From Histomonas meleagridis 2922-C6/04-290x (Eukaryota; Protista; Parabasalia), in the NCBI GenBank assembly GCA_020184695.1, contig JAANOX010000050.1, positions 111,105-175,104 of the forward strand: a stretch of 64,000 bases of DNA, read 5' to 3'. A program made the position numbers and the translations under genes. Within the stretch, counting starts at the first letter, position 1. Each line of letters opens with the position of its first letter. Below, one piece after another: positions 31,973-42,685 of the stretch. The notes beneath the pieces are model-generated. The model saw only the letters and a program-made list of their open reading frames with translations, was not told where the DNA came from and did not search any database.

Positions 31973-34663
31973 ATGGAAAAAATAGTTGAAGCCCTTGCAA
32001 ATTTGATTTCAAATGATCCACATCTTAATAGTTCTTCCAATGACTTGCTTATGGAAGCTATAAGTGACATAAACGCATTTCCAATTTTTTTGGAATTATT
32101 ATTATCAGAAAATTATTTTTCTTCTCCATTCTACCAAGCTTTAATTGTCCTTCTGCAAAGGCTTATCCAAAATATTGATTTTATTTTCTTTCAACAATAT
32201 TTTGATCGAATTAAAACAATTCCAATTTTGTTAACATTAAACTTTAATATTCAAACAAAATATTTAATTTCAGATCTTACTATCACGATCTACAATAAAT
32301 CTGAGCATAATTGGCCTGATCTTCTCAATTTTATTCTTAATTTTTTTAATAGTCAAGAATATATTTCCATTGCATTTTACTTTTTTTCCAACTTTCTTCA
32401 ATCCAATCCTATTGTTCTTTCACATCCTCTTTATAAACAACTTTTCCAACAATTTCTTCAAAATCTCAATTCCGATAACATTGAGATTATGAAACAATCC
32501 ATTCATTTTTTTCATCTCTCTCTCATATACATTGATGACCCTTCTATCATTTCCGTTTCTACCCTTATACCATTATTAATTACAAATCTTGGTAATGTAA
32601 TTAAGTCCAACATTCATCAATTCGAAATCATTGATGTCATTGTTTGTCTCTTTCAGCCAATGTTTACATTTTTTCATCCATATTCCGAACACTTTCTTCG
32701 GTATTCATTAGAATGTATTAACAATAAAAACATTTCACTCGATTCGCGTGTTGCAATTCATCAAATAATTGAAGCGTCACTTGAATACTTTGAAGAGTAT
32801 TGGGACTTTTCCCAAGTAAATGTTTTGTTTTCATCTTTACTTTTGTCATTTGAAGTTTTCCAATTTGATCGAAGTTATGAAAATTCGTTTTACACATTTA
32901 ACTCGAATTTTATTGAAGAATATTTAAGTCGAATGGATCCAAAAAACGCAATCGAATTCATTATAAATATATTTAATAAATTCCAAAGCGAATTTCCTCA
33001 GTTCGCATTATATGTTGTGCAAATTTTAATAAATTCCGTTTCTTATGTTTATTTGGAAGAAGAAAATGTACAAATGTTTTTGTTGAACATATTAATGAAT
33101 GGAATCAAACGTAAAAATGATTACAATTTGTTTTTGCAAGCTAAAGAGTTATTCAATGATATGATTGAAACAAATTATGAATTGTTGTATTCGATTTTCG
33201 ACGATTTATTAATTTTATGTTTGGAAAATTCCGAATTATTCGATTTATTTGATTTGCTGATATTAAAAATCAAAAAAATTCCAATCAATTTAAACGATGT
33301 TCTCCAATATTTATTGAACTTGTTTTATAATAATCAAAAATTTGCGGCATTAAAATGTGTTTCTTCTATTATTTCATTGTTTGATGGTGTTAATGAAAAC
33401 TTATTTCATTTTATAATTCCAACAAATTTTCCTTTTGAAAAATTTCTGTATAATTTTGAATTTTTGGATTTGCTCTCAAATTTGACAAAAATTTGCCCTC
33501 AAACAATTTTGACTTATTCAATAAGCATAATTTCAATAATCGATTCAATTTTAAATGACGATAACTTGTTTGACTATTCAATTATTTCCTCAATTTGTGA
33601 ACTAACAGTTTCTTTTGTTCAAAATTTCCCAGAAATTATTTTGAGTGCAACCGTCGTTCAAAAAATTTATAACCGTTTTAACGATCAAAGTGAATTCAAA
33701 GACAACGTTAATTTATTAGTTTTTTGGGTTTATAGAATGACGGGACAAATGAAAGAAATATTATTTAATATATTAAATGAAGAACTTCAAAACGAAAGTG
33801 ATAATTTATCTGATTTATTTAAAATTATTTCACCTATTTTAGGAACTGATTTCGAAATATTTCTCCAAAATGAATTTATTGATATGAAATCAATTCGAAT
33901 TCTTATTGAAGAATGTGGAATAGGGTCATCAATTGATTACATTATTGCAAAGATTATCGAGTGTATCAATGAAGACGAAGGTATAAAATGTTTAATTTCA
34001 TTTATTTATATTTTAGGTACATCGAAAGTTAAATACAAAAACATTTTCATGAACAAAATCACTAAGAAACTTAACAAATGTAAAAGCAAAGAAAAATTTG
34101 TTAAATTTTCATTTGCGTTAATTTTGTTCAGCATAAACATTGACGAAATACTTTTTAACACATTAATTAAATCGATTTTTCCATTAATACATGAAACGAA
34201 TTCGAGTTTACGAATTTATGTGTTTCGATGTTTGTATATTGCGATTATGAATAATTATGTGTTTAATGAGAATGAAATTAATGAAATTGTTGTGATGATA
34301 GATGAGATTATTAAAAATGAGCGAAAATATAAAAATGAATTAATAAATATAACAATTGCATTAAAAATGAAAATAGTTAAAAACGAAAATATTTTGTTCG
34401 ATTTAGAAAAAATTAAAAATTGTAAATTGAATTTAGAAGAATGTTTAAGTTTTATTAGTTTTGTTATAAATGAAAATATACCGAAAAATGAATTTGTAAT
34501 AAGAATTTGCGCATTTTGTTTATGTGTAAAAGAATTTGTTTGGAGATTAATTGATGAAAATGAGAAAAGAAATTTAATAAAAATTGTAATAGAAAATATG
34601 GAAATGGCTTTAAAATATATACCAAAACATATGTTAAATATTGTCGAAAAAAGAATTAAATAA
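31973..34663 (+). CDS. Large HEAT/ARM protein, importin-beta-like
   Basis: About 900-aa ORF with a helical pattern and HNWPDLLNFI. First ATG at 31973; the ORF is open from 31907. Confidence 0.7.
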   Translation: MEKIVEALANLISNDPHLNSSSNDLLMEAISDINAFPIFLELLLSENYFSSPFYQALIVLLQRLIQNIDFIFFQQYFDRIKTIPILLTLNFNIQTKYLISDLTITIYNKSEHNWPDLLNFILNFFNSQEYISIAFYFFSNFLQSNPIVLSHPLYKQLFQQFLQNLNSDNIEIMKQSIHFFHLSLIYIDDPSIISVSTLIPLLITNLGNVIKSNIHQFEIIDVIVCLFQPMFTFFHPYSEHFLRYSLECINNKNISLDSRVAIHQIIEASLEYFEEYWDFSQVNVLFSSLLLSFEVFQFDRSYENSFYTFNSNFIEEYLSRMDPKNAIEFIINIFNKFQSEFPQFALYVVQILINSVSYVYLEEENVQMFLLNILMNGIKRKNDYNLFLQAKELFNDMIETNYELLYSIFDDLLILCLENSELFDLFDLLILKIKKIPINLNDVLQYLLNLFYNNQKFAALKCVSSIISLFDGVNENLFHFIIPTNFPFEKFLYNFEFLDLLSNLTKICPQTILTYSISIISIIDSILNDDNLFDYSIISSICELTVSFVQNFPEIILSATVVQKIYNRFNDQSEFKDNVNLLVFWVYRMTGQMKEILFNILNEELQNESDNLSDLFKIISPILGTDFEIFLQNEFIDMKSIRILIEECGIGSSIDYIIAKIIECINEDEGIKCLISFIYILGTSKVKYKNIFMNKITKKLNKCKSKEKFVKFSFALILFSINIDEILFNTLIKSIFPLIHETNSSLRIYVFRCLYIAIMNNYVFNENEINEIVVMIDEIIKNERKYKNELINITIALKMKIVKNENILFDLEKIKNCKLNLEECLSFISFVINENIPKNEFVIRICAFCLCVKEFVWRLIDENEKRNLIKIVIENMEMALKYIPKHMLNIVEKRIK

Positions 34664-34712
34664 AAAATTTATTTCTTATTATTTTATATGAAAAAATATT
34701 TAAAAAAAAAAA

Positions 34713-35360
34713 TTAATTTTTAGTTACTAATTCGCGACCGAGTTGAAAAGCCTTCGCAAGATCCTTTGGAAATTCTTCTTTTCTCCTTCTTAATTTTTCT
34801 TTAACATCAAACACAGTAATTGCGTATTTAGAGTAATCATCAACTTGTTTGGTATTATACACACAAAATCTTTCGGATTTTCCACGAAATACGTATTCAT
34901 TGTTTTGCTTGATTGCATCCATATACAGTAAATAATTATATTGTTTTGCCGCTTCAGGTGTGGCGTTCATTGTATAGATCATAAGTGTTTTAATTGGTTT
35001 TGGAAGAGAGGATGCTTCTGGCATATACCTCATGTTGGAGAACCATATTCTTTCGAGCGCAGTATGAAGATATGATGAAATATGGCTAAAATAGATCGGA
35101 GATCCAATAACAAGAGCATCAGCAGTTCTGATTTCTTGGAGAAGTGGTGTAAGATCATCCTTAATAATACATTTCCCAGCAGACTCTGGGGTCTTCTTAC
35201 ATGTTAAACAGCTTATGCATGGTTGAATCTTGAAATCAGAAATATGATAAAGCTTTGTGATAGCGCCTGCATCACGAGCACCTTCAAGAGCTTTCTCTAC
35301 TATCATATGTGTATTCCATCCTTTTCTTGGGCTTCCGTTGATACCTATAACTTTTAACAT
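34713..35360 (-). CDS. Iron-sulfur flavoprotein / NADPH-dependent FMN reductase family
   Basis: VIGINGSPRKGWNT, CISCLTC-x9-C, ADALVIGSPIYF, ALER. ATG at 35360. Confidence 0.9.
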   Translation of the reverse strand: MLKVIGINGSPRKGWNTHMIVEKALEGARDAGAITKLYHISDFKIQPCISCLTCKKTPESAGKCIIKDDLTPLLQEIRTADALVIGSPIYFSHISSYLHTALERIWFSNMRYMPEASSLPKPIKTLMIYTMNATPEAAKQYNYLLYMDAIKQNNEYVFRGKSERFCVYNTKQVDDYSKYAITVFDVKEKLRRRKEEFPKDLAKAFQLGRELVTKN

Positions 35361-35711
35361 GTTAATGGTCAATGAAACAAAAATCAATGCCCATTGAAAT
35401 ATTTCAGAAGTTCATGTATTGAAAAATTATGGGCGGACGATAAGTCACATCCCAGAATAATCATGATGAACACTAATAAGTAGTTTATATTTTGACATGT
35501 TTAAATATATATTTCTATTGATATCATTTAAAAATAATCAAACGCATGCACCATATTTAATTCGGGAACTATAAAATATTATTCCTGACAGTATAAAGAG
35601 ATAATTTTAAAATTTTAAAAAAGATTCAGTGTTTTAATTCCCTTTACTTATGTTATAGAAATGATATTAATTACTGTTAATGTTATTAGAATTTAAAAAC
35701 AAAAATGATGT

Positions 35712-36778
35712 TTAAAACAAAAACAATATTAGCAAAGAAAAAATACTAAGCGCTATTGTTTTTGAAGTAGATCTTGACGGAAATAAATCTGAAGTTATAT
35801 TTGAATTTGTGATTGAATTAGAATATATGATAGAATTTGTATATGACACAGAAGATGCATTTGCTTTTGTAAATGCATTCGATTGTGTCAAAGAGTTTGC
35901 TTTTGTAAATGTATTCGACTGTGTAAATGGATGTGTTGGCCATGGATTACATTTTTCGATCGTTGTTCCTTTTGATACATTAAGTTTACCAAATTTTGTT
36001 GAATTATATGAATTTAATGTCATTACATATTTGACAGGAGAATCATTAAATGCATAATCACTAACATTAGGTTCTGAGATGCCATAATAATAAAGACAAT
36101 TTAGAGATATACAATTGCAAAATGCATCTTTCTCAATTGAAGCTACATTTTCGCCTATAATAACAACTGATAAATTATCGCAACTTTCAAAAAGAGATGA
36201 ACTGATAATTGTCAATGAACTTGGTAATTCGATATTTTTAAGAGAAAAACAAGAGCCAAATGTTTGACGACCAATTGTCTTTAATTTATTTCCAAAAATT
36301 ACATTTGATAATTTAGCGCAATAAACGAAACAAAATTCTTTAATTATAAAAAGTGAATTTGGTAATTTAATTCTTTCAAGTGAAGAACATTGAAAAAACG
36401 AAAATTCTCTAATTTCTTTTAGATTTTCATTAAAAATAACTTTTGATAATTTGGTGCAACTATGAAATGCATTTCTTCAATTATGGTAACATTTTCACCA
36501 AAAGTAACATTTGATAAATTTTTACATCCAGAAAATGCGTGCTGATCAATCAAAGTTACTGAGTTACCAATTTTAACAGATGATAGATTACTCCAGCCTT
36601 GAAATGTTTTCTCTGGTATTTTCGTAATTTCACCCTTTATAATTAAAAATAATGTATCTTTTTCATAATTTTTTACATTTGCAAATTCTTCTTGTGTTTG
36701 TAATGTTAGTGTTTTTGTGTCATTATCAAATATCTCAAATGTTTGAATTGTAAAAAAATAAAACATAAACAAAATCAT
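35712..36778 (-). pseudogene. BspA-like (TpLRR) surface protein with one single-base frameshift near 36472 (pseudogene or sequencing error)
   Basis: Hydrophobic N-terminus; IGNSVTLIDQHAFSGCKNL, LPSSLTIISSSLFESCDNL; FTQSN/FTKAN repeats; hydrophobic C-terminus. One extra A gives a 355-aa ORF. Confidence 0.8.
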
Positions 36779-37226
36779 TAGTATGAAAATAAAATAACAA
36801 TGTTACTTGTATCTGAAAAAAAAAGAGAAACAAAACTAAATGAAATATTACGAGACATGTCTAATACGATTGTCAGTTTTTGAATGCCTTGAGTATGAGA
36901 AGCTTGCAACTCACATGCGCTCTTTTGTAGACCGTTCTATACAAACAATCATAATCATTTCTTATAAGATTTCCAACAATTCTTTGATAGTTCTTCATAA
37001 TTTTTAATAACCTTTTTCGTATAAAGTTATACCTGATGATAGTGATTTCAAGAATTTGCATCGTTTGTCTTTATCAAATGAGTTCAAAATCGAATGTTTG
37101 ATTTCGTTTTTCTTTAATAAAATTCAAAAATTCACACATATTTAACATTATTTCCTTTAAAAAAGTTTTGATGTCTATCGTGATGCCATTTGAATGAAAA
37201 ATAATCGTTTAATAAATAGAAACAAT

Positions 37227-38708
37227 TTATTGATGAGGTTGGCCACGCATTTGTTGCATTACGTTGGGGTACATTTGCTGCTGCTGAACCATGTTTGGAT
37301 AAATTTGCTGAGGCTGTGGTTGCATTGCCATATTTTGCTGATATTGTTGTGCATAAGCTTTGACCAATTGGTCATATTGTGTGTTCTTGTTGAAGAAAAT
37401 ACCAGAAATTGTTTGGTGTTCCTTAGATGGCCCCTGATAAATTTTGAATAGATAATTAAGTTCTTCTAGCAGACGATTCACTAAGGTTTGGTATGGCCTG
37501 CTTCTCATCTCTGGAGGGAAAATGTTTATATTACCTGAATAAATGCATTCGAATAACAAGTTAATTGAATCTTCGGCATTTTTGACTTGGATATTGTTTG
37601 GTTTTGGCTGTGAAATGGCTTCCAAAATAGGCTCAAAGATCCTCTTCGATGCGGTGTTCTGTAGTAACGAGTTTGAAAAAATAATTGAATCTGGACCAGT
37701 TAAAGCTGATAGACTCGTTATAGCAACTAAAGCCTCATTTGGAGATCCACGAGTAAAAACCCATCTTTGTTCGGAGTTACTTATCCTTAGAATAGGTGGA
37801 AGTTTGAAGATGAAGTCATCAATTTTAGATGGTTCATCAAATGCAAATTGATGTATAATTTCGTTGTCCAAAGAATTCGAAAGCTTTGAAAGTGAAAATT
37901 TTCCATTACTTTCTGAGAGCATCCAAGTATTATCAATAATTATTATCACTTCTGTTTTAAGTCCGGATACAAGTAAATTTAAGTTGTAATCGAAAGGGCT
38001 AGTAAACGTGCAATAATAAGAAGCATATACACGTGGAATTAATGAGCCTCTGATCTTAAAACTGTTTGGGTCGATTTTGTTGAACGTTAATTCTTGCTGC
38101 TCAAAAATGTTCAAAAAAAACAATTGGAAGTTTGGTAGAGTCATTTTTGATAGCCTAAGATGTTCAGCTGCAACAGTTTGAGCTGCTTGAATCGCATTTT
38201 TAGGATCTACAACCATTAAATGTATATCATTTTCAAAATATTTGTTGACGTTTTTGTCGGGATAAAAGAGGATAAAGTCTATTTTGATCAAGTCATGCAA
38301 GTATTGTTTCTGATTTGAAAATAAATCTTTGGCCATATCTTCTGCCCACTCAAAGAAACCATCATCACTTACTCCACTATGATCAATACCATATGGTAAA
38401 CCACCAAAAACAATCATAAACCTACCAACTGCAAAATCTTGATTTGAAATGTTTTTTAATAAAGCTTCAAGAGCTTCAACCATCCCAAAGACAACCTCAT
38501 TTTTGTCTAGTTGAGGTGAAATTATTTTGAGATTAGTAAGTTCATCCCCAGGAAAAAGACAATTTTCTTTTCCACATCGAACATTGATTTGATGACGATG
38601 ACGAGGTAAAACATCTTCACAAATACGACAATATTCTCTTGTAAATTTAAAAGCAACTTGAGTGTTTTCAAATTGCGAAGGAGCAACATAAATTACTGTT
38701 TTGCTCAT
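37227..38708 (-). CDS. INTS13/Asunder-like vWA protein with a Q-rich tail
   Basis: SKTVIYV..REYCRICEDVLP and VVFGMVEALEALL recall INTS13 HKTVFV..EYCRIMYDIFP and ILHGLVAAVETL. Confidence 0.55.
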   Translation of the reverse strand: MSKTVIYVAPSQFENTQVAFKFTREYCRICEDVLPRHRHQINVRCGKENCLFPGDELTNLKIISPQLDKNEVVFGMVEALEALLKNISNQDFAVGRFMIVFGGLPYGIDHSGVSDDGFFEWAEDMAKDLFSNQKQYLHDLIKIDFILFYPDKNVNKYFENDIHLMVVDPKNAIQAAQTVAAEHLRLSKMTLPNFQLFFLNIFEQQELTFNKIDPNSFKIRGSLIPRVYASYYCTFTSPFDYNLNLLVSGLKTEVIIIIDNTWMLSESNGKFSLSKLSNSLDNEIIHQFAFDEPSKIDDFIFKLPPILRISNSEQRWVFTRGSPNEALVAITSLSALTGPDSIIFSNSLLQNTASKRIFEPILEAISQPKPNNIQVKNAEDSINLLFECIYSGNINIFPPEMRSRPYQTLVNRLLEELNYLFKIYQGPSKEHQTISGIFFNKNTQYDQLVKAYAQQYQQNMAMQPQPQQIYPNMVQQQQMYPNVMQQMRGQPHQ

Positions 38709-38768
38709 TGAAAAGACCGTTAAGAAAAGTCACTTTTCACGTTTTTGTTTATTTTGTACGTTAACCAG

Positions 38769-38966
38769 ATGTCAAGTTGTTTCTTCCTTCCTGTTAGTAC
38801 TGTTTGGACTGAAAATATATCATCCGATGTTGAACGCTATAACAGAAAAGAAAAGGACTTCGTGGAAAAGAAAAAAAATATTGAGAATTGGTCAATGATG
38901 AAAAATATGGATCTCAATTCATCAGCACATTTTAACATAAGAACACTTCGTTTCTCACCTATCTGA
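38769..38966 (+). CDS. Small hypothetical protein (65 aa)
   Basis: MSSCFFLPVSTVWTE..AHFNIRTLRFSPI; ATG lies 60 nt from the divergent ATG at 38708. Confidence 0.45.
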   Translation: MSSCFFLPVSTVWTENISSDVERYNRKEKDFVEKKKNIENWSMMKNMDLNSSAHFNIRTLRFSPI

Positions 38967-39692
38967 TACAAAGAGTGATTGTTTTAAATAAAGCTAAACC
39001 TATTTTATAAATTAATAAATATTCAAAATCTGTTTTGTTAAACTTTATGTTGTTATCAATGCTAAAGTTTCAAGTGTGGTTTGATGAAGATTACGTATAT
39101 ATGGAAATTTCTTATTTAATTTTGTGAAAAAATATAATTTAATTTTATATTTAACATCATTTTTACACACTTAAAGTAATTCAACAAATAATATCAGATA
39201 TTGATATTCATTGTTGGCTTAAGTCAAAAGATGTTATTACATTGAAACTTCGATATTTTTTTTCTAAATTAATGAACAACAAATCTGCGAAAATTTAAAA
39301 TATAAAAACGAAATCACTCGTGATTTACCATAAATTAACCTCATAAAAGATTGATAAATATTATCATTTTGGAATTAATGACCAGATATGACTTTTCAAT
39401 CGGTTTAAATAGAATTGCATTCAAAAAGTGGATACTATTTTCACAACACACACGACGAATTACTTGTAAGCAAATCATACCTCAAAAAGTGTCAAACACC
39501 TGTCACAGATTTTCTGCGTTTTCACATTCAAAAAGTTATTTTATGACGGTGTATACGTTGTAACCATTTTTGAATACACTTTATTCAAAAAATTGAAACA
39601 GGTGACAGAATTGCATACAAAAGTTACACTTTTGAAGGGATTATTCCCCAAAAAAAATTTTAAAATTTTATTCCTTGTCTTTTTATAACAAA

Positions 39693-40541
39693 TCAAAAGG
39701 TTGTGGCTGCTCTTGTCCATTTGCATTGTTTTAAGTCTTTTTCTGATGAGCCTCTTGAAAATTTTCCATTTGCATGTGTAACAAATCTTACCACAGAAAG
39801 ATCAGCAGGTCCCCAACCAAGTGCTCTTGAGAGGTTATCACTGTCTCTGAATGACAATTCGGTAAATCCATGTGAAGGGAAGTTTCCTTGTTGGTGGAAT
39901 AAGCTTCCTTCGATTGTTTTGACTCCTAAAAGCCTTGCAAATGCTTCTCTGTGCACCCTAATGATCGTATCTGTTGCCCATTCGATTCCTACGTGTGGTA
40001 TAAACTCGGGCATTTTTTCGCTGAGCTTTAAAGCGTTGTATAATTTGTAAGTAAATTTTGTCTGAGACGAATTTCTCTTTCGGAAAAACGATGAAACAAC
40101 ACTTCCGAATGACATGTATTCGTTTTCCCACATTGTTTTAGGTATAAACCCTAATTCTATTGGATTAATTGTTACCAAACCGTCATTCACCACTTCGTCG
40201 AATGATCTTTCAGCCATTGGCTTACAAATTTGGAATCTTGGGAGTGATGTTCCGACGCTATTTCTGACTCCACATAAAGCAACGAGTGAGATATTTGTTT
40301 CGTTTTCATTGTTATTTGTCAAGTTATTATTGATTTGTATTGGCTGGCTCAAGTCGAACACGGCAGAGCTTTGTGATATTGGGTAAGCGCTTACTAGCGG
40401 AAATAAAAAATTTCGTTTTTGGTTCGTCGGCGTGCACCTCACTATTCGATGCGTCCCCACCGCGGCCCTCCGCGGGTCGGCCGGGTCGTTGAGCAGGAAG
40501 TTTATGTCGTGCAGCGGCGGCGGCTCAATTCGCTCCTTCAT
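39693..40541 (-). CDS. Initiator-binding domain (IBD) family protein
   Basis: KFTYKLYNALKL..VGIEW..IIRVHREAFARLLGVKTIEGSLFHQQGNFPSHGF. ATG at 40541. Confidence 0.85.
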   Translation of the reverse strand: MKERIEPPPLHDINFLLNDPADPRRAAVGTHRIVRCTPTNQKRNFLFPLVSAYPISQSSAVFDLSQPIQINNNLTNNNENETNISLVALCGVRNSVGTSLPRFQICKPMAERSFDEVVNDGLVTINPIELGFIPKTMWENEYMSFGSVVSSFFRKRNSSQTKFTYKLYNALKLSEKMPEFIPHVGIEWATDTIIRVHREAFARLLGVKTIEGSLFHQQGNFPSHGFTELSFRDSDNLSRALGWGPADLSVVRFVTHANGKFSRGSSEKDLKQCKWTRAATTF

Positions 40542-40625
40542 GAAAACGTTTTGATGAAGCACAATTGAAAGGTCTCTCAAAACTTTGTATCGACACAAAT
40601 TGACATAAAAGTGACGGTGGTTTAC

Positions 40626-42020
40626 TCATTTGGAGCCTGCCATCATAGCCTCAATCTCATCGATTTCCTTTGGAATGTGTGAAAGGTTTTCGCAGCCATC
40701 CTTGGTGATTAATATGTCATCTTCGATCCTGATACCACCAACGGTGTCATGGAACCTCCTGCAGACGTCCTTGTCGATATATTTGGCGATCTTCGGATCT
40801 TCAAACGCTTTCTCATATAACGCTGGTACAAAGTAACAGCCCGGCTCAACAGTGACAACAATTCCTGGTGTTAAGACACGGCCCATACGAAGACACCTGA
40901 CGTGGTTAACATCAGGACGCTCATGGCCTGGTTCCCATCCGGCGATTTCATGGCAGTCAAGGCCCATTCCATGGCCAAGACCATGCATGAAGAAGACTTG
41001 CATGGCGCCGGACTCAACAATTTCGTCTGGTGTGCCATTGACGAAGAGTCCAGCTTTGATTAATCCGGCTGCCATGACCTTGGCAGACATAACTGCAATG
41101 TCTGGCCATGGGATGCCTGGCTTGGCAGCAGCAATGACGGCCTTTTGGGCATCAAGGACTGCTTGGTAGACAAGACGTTGATCTTCACTGAATTTGCCAT
41201 TGGCTGGGAAGGTACGGGTGTTATCTGAGGCATAGCAGTTGTAGTCACAGCCAGCATCAACAAGAACAAGATCACCATCTTGAAGCTTACGTGTGTTTTC
41301 ATGATAATGAAGAATGGCACAAAGTGGACCAGTGCAAACAATAGTGGCAAATGCATTATCACGACAATAGGCATCGATGTAATGGTGTTGAAGAATGGCT
41401 TCGACTTGATATGCATACATTCCAACTTTTGTCTTGCGGAAAACATCATGGAAGGCATTGCAGTTAACATCACAGGCATAGCGAATAAGTGTAAGTTCAT
41501 CTTCGCTCTTGATTTGACGCTCTTCACCGATGGCTTCAAGTGCAACCTTATAATCAAGTGGAATGGTGACATCCTTCATAATTTCTTTGTTGTATGTGGG
41601 TTCGAGTGTGTAAATTTTTGCTGGGTTCTTCTCTTTGACATATTCAGCAACTTTTGGTAATAAAAGAACTTCGTCAACTTGATATTTCTCCTTAAGATCA
41701 GCAAGTGTTGGAAGTGGTCCCATCCAAATGGCAAGATCAGCTGGAAGATCTGGGTAGAATAAAGTTGTATGACCTGTTGCAATATCAATGTAGTATGCAC
41801 AATCTGCTTCGTTAACACCAGAAATCCAGTAGAAGCATGATTCTTGACGGAACCTTGGTTCAAAATCACTGAGTGGACGACCTGGTTCTGGGAGACCAAA
41901 AATAAGAACAGCACCTTGTGCACCAGCATCTTTCATCCTCTTCAAGGCACGTGTCCTGTTGTCAAGGAACATAGATGCCTTTGGTTGTGGGCGATTATCG
42001 AGATCAATCTTGATCGACAT
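40626..42020 (-). CDS. PEPD: Xaa-Pro dipeptidase (prolidase, M24B)
   Basis: FRQESCFYW, LVLVDAG, YASDNTRTFP, HGLGHGMGLDCHE, VTVEPGCYF, GGIRIEDD. Confidence 0.95.
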   Translation of the reverse strand: MSIKIDLDNRPQPKASMFLDNRTRALKRMKDAGAQGAVLIFGLPEPGRPLSDFEPRFRQESCFYWISGVNEADCAYYIDIATGHTTLFYPDLPADLAIWMGPLPTLADLKEKYQVDEVLLLPKVAEYVKEKNPAKIYTLEPTYNKEIMKDVTIPLDYKVALEAIGEERQIKSEDELTLIRYACDVNCNAFHDVFRKTKVGMYAYQVEAILQHHYIDAYCRDNAFATIVCTGPLCAILHYHENTRKLQDGDLVLVDAGCDYNCYASDNTRTFPANGKFSEDQRLVYQAVLDAQKAVIAAAKPGIPWPDIAVMSAKVMAAGLIKAGLFVNGTPDEIVESGAMQVFFMHGLGHGMGLDCHEIAGWEPGHERPDVNHVRCLRMGRVLTPGIVVTVEPGCYFVPALYEKAFEDPKIAKYIDKDVCRRFHDTVGGIRIEDDILITKDGCENLSHIPKEIDEIEAMMAGSK

Positions 42021-42129
42021 TCCAAGTGAACTGTTCCATTCGAATCTTTGTATTGATTTTTGGTTAGGTATTCATCGTTTCATTCAATTTTTTTTCGTCG
42101 TTCAATCCAAGCGGTTTACAAATATAAAC

Positions 42130-42198
42130 CCGTTAAATATAACGGTTTCTTATTGTTTTTCTGCAAAAAATTGTCACTTGTCATAAAACAAGTGACAA
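42130..42198. promoter_or_regulatory. Palindromic promoter motifs upstream of prolidase: CCGTTA-AATA-TAACGG and TTGTCACTTGT-CATAAA-ACAAGTGACAA
   Basis: Inverted repeats at 42130-42145 and 42171-42198 contain trichomonad M3-like (AACGGTT) and M2-like (AAGTGAC) motifs. Inr TCACTT on the minus strand at 42029-42024. Confidence 0.55.
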
Positions 42199-42685
42199 AA
42201 ATTTCTATGCTCAGAAAAAGTTTGTATTATTAGAAGAATGTTAGTCCAAAATAAATGAGTTTTTAATTTGACTATTATGAATCTGATTACATAAATATAC
42301 AATGATATAAATCCATATGTATTAAAATTTGTGATAATTTTTTATTAGTGGAACCAAAAAACATTATCAGCACCTTTAGGACAGCATTTTCGACATATTG
42401 AACATTTTGTTTTAAATCATAATAAAATTCTTATCTAATAAAAATTGTATTTTCACTCCTTTTTTATTAAAAAAAAAAAAAACACCAAAACATATTTTGC
42501 TCATCATAATACTTTATCTTGATTATATGACTTTATTGCGAACTAAATAAATAAATTTCCTTGTCATTAATTATCTCAACACAGGGGCAATATTTTTATC
42601 ATTATTCTCTTTGTTTGCTTACAGAAATAGAATATTTTTGAATATATTTTTTATAAATCATTTAAAAAAATCATTTCACAATTTA

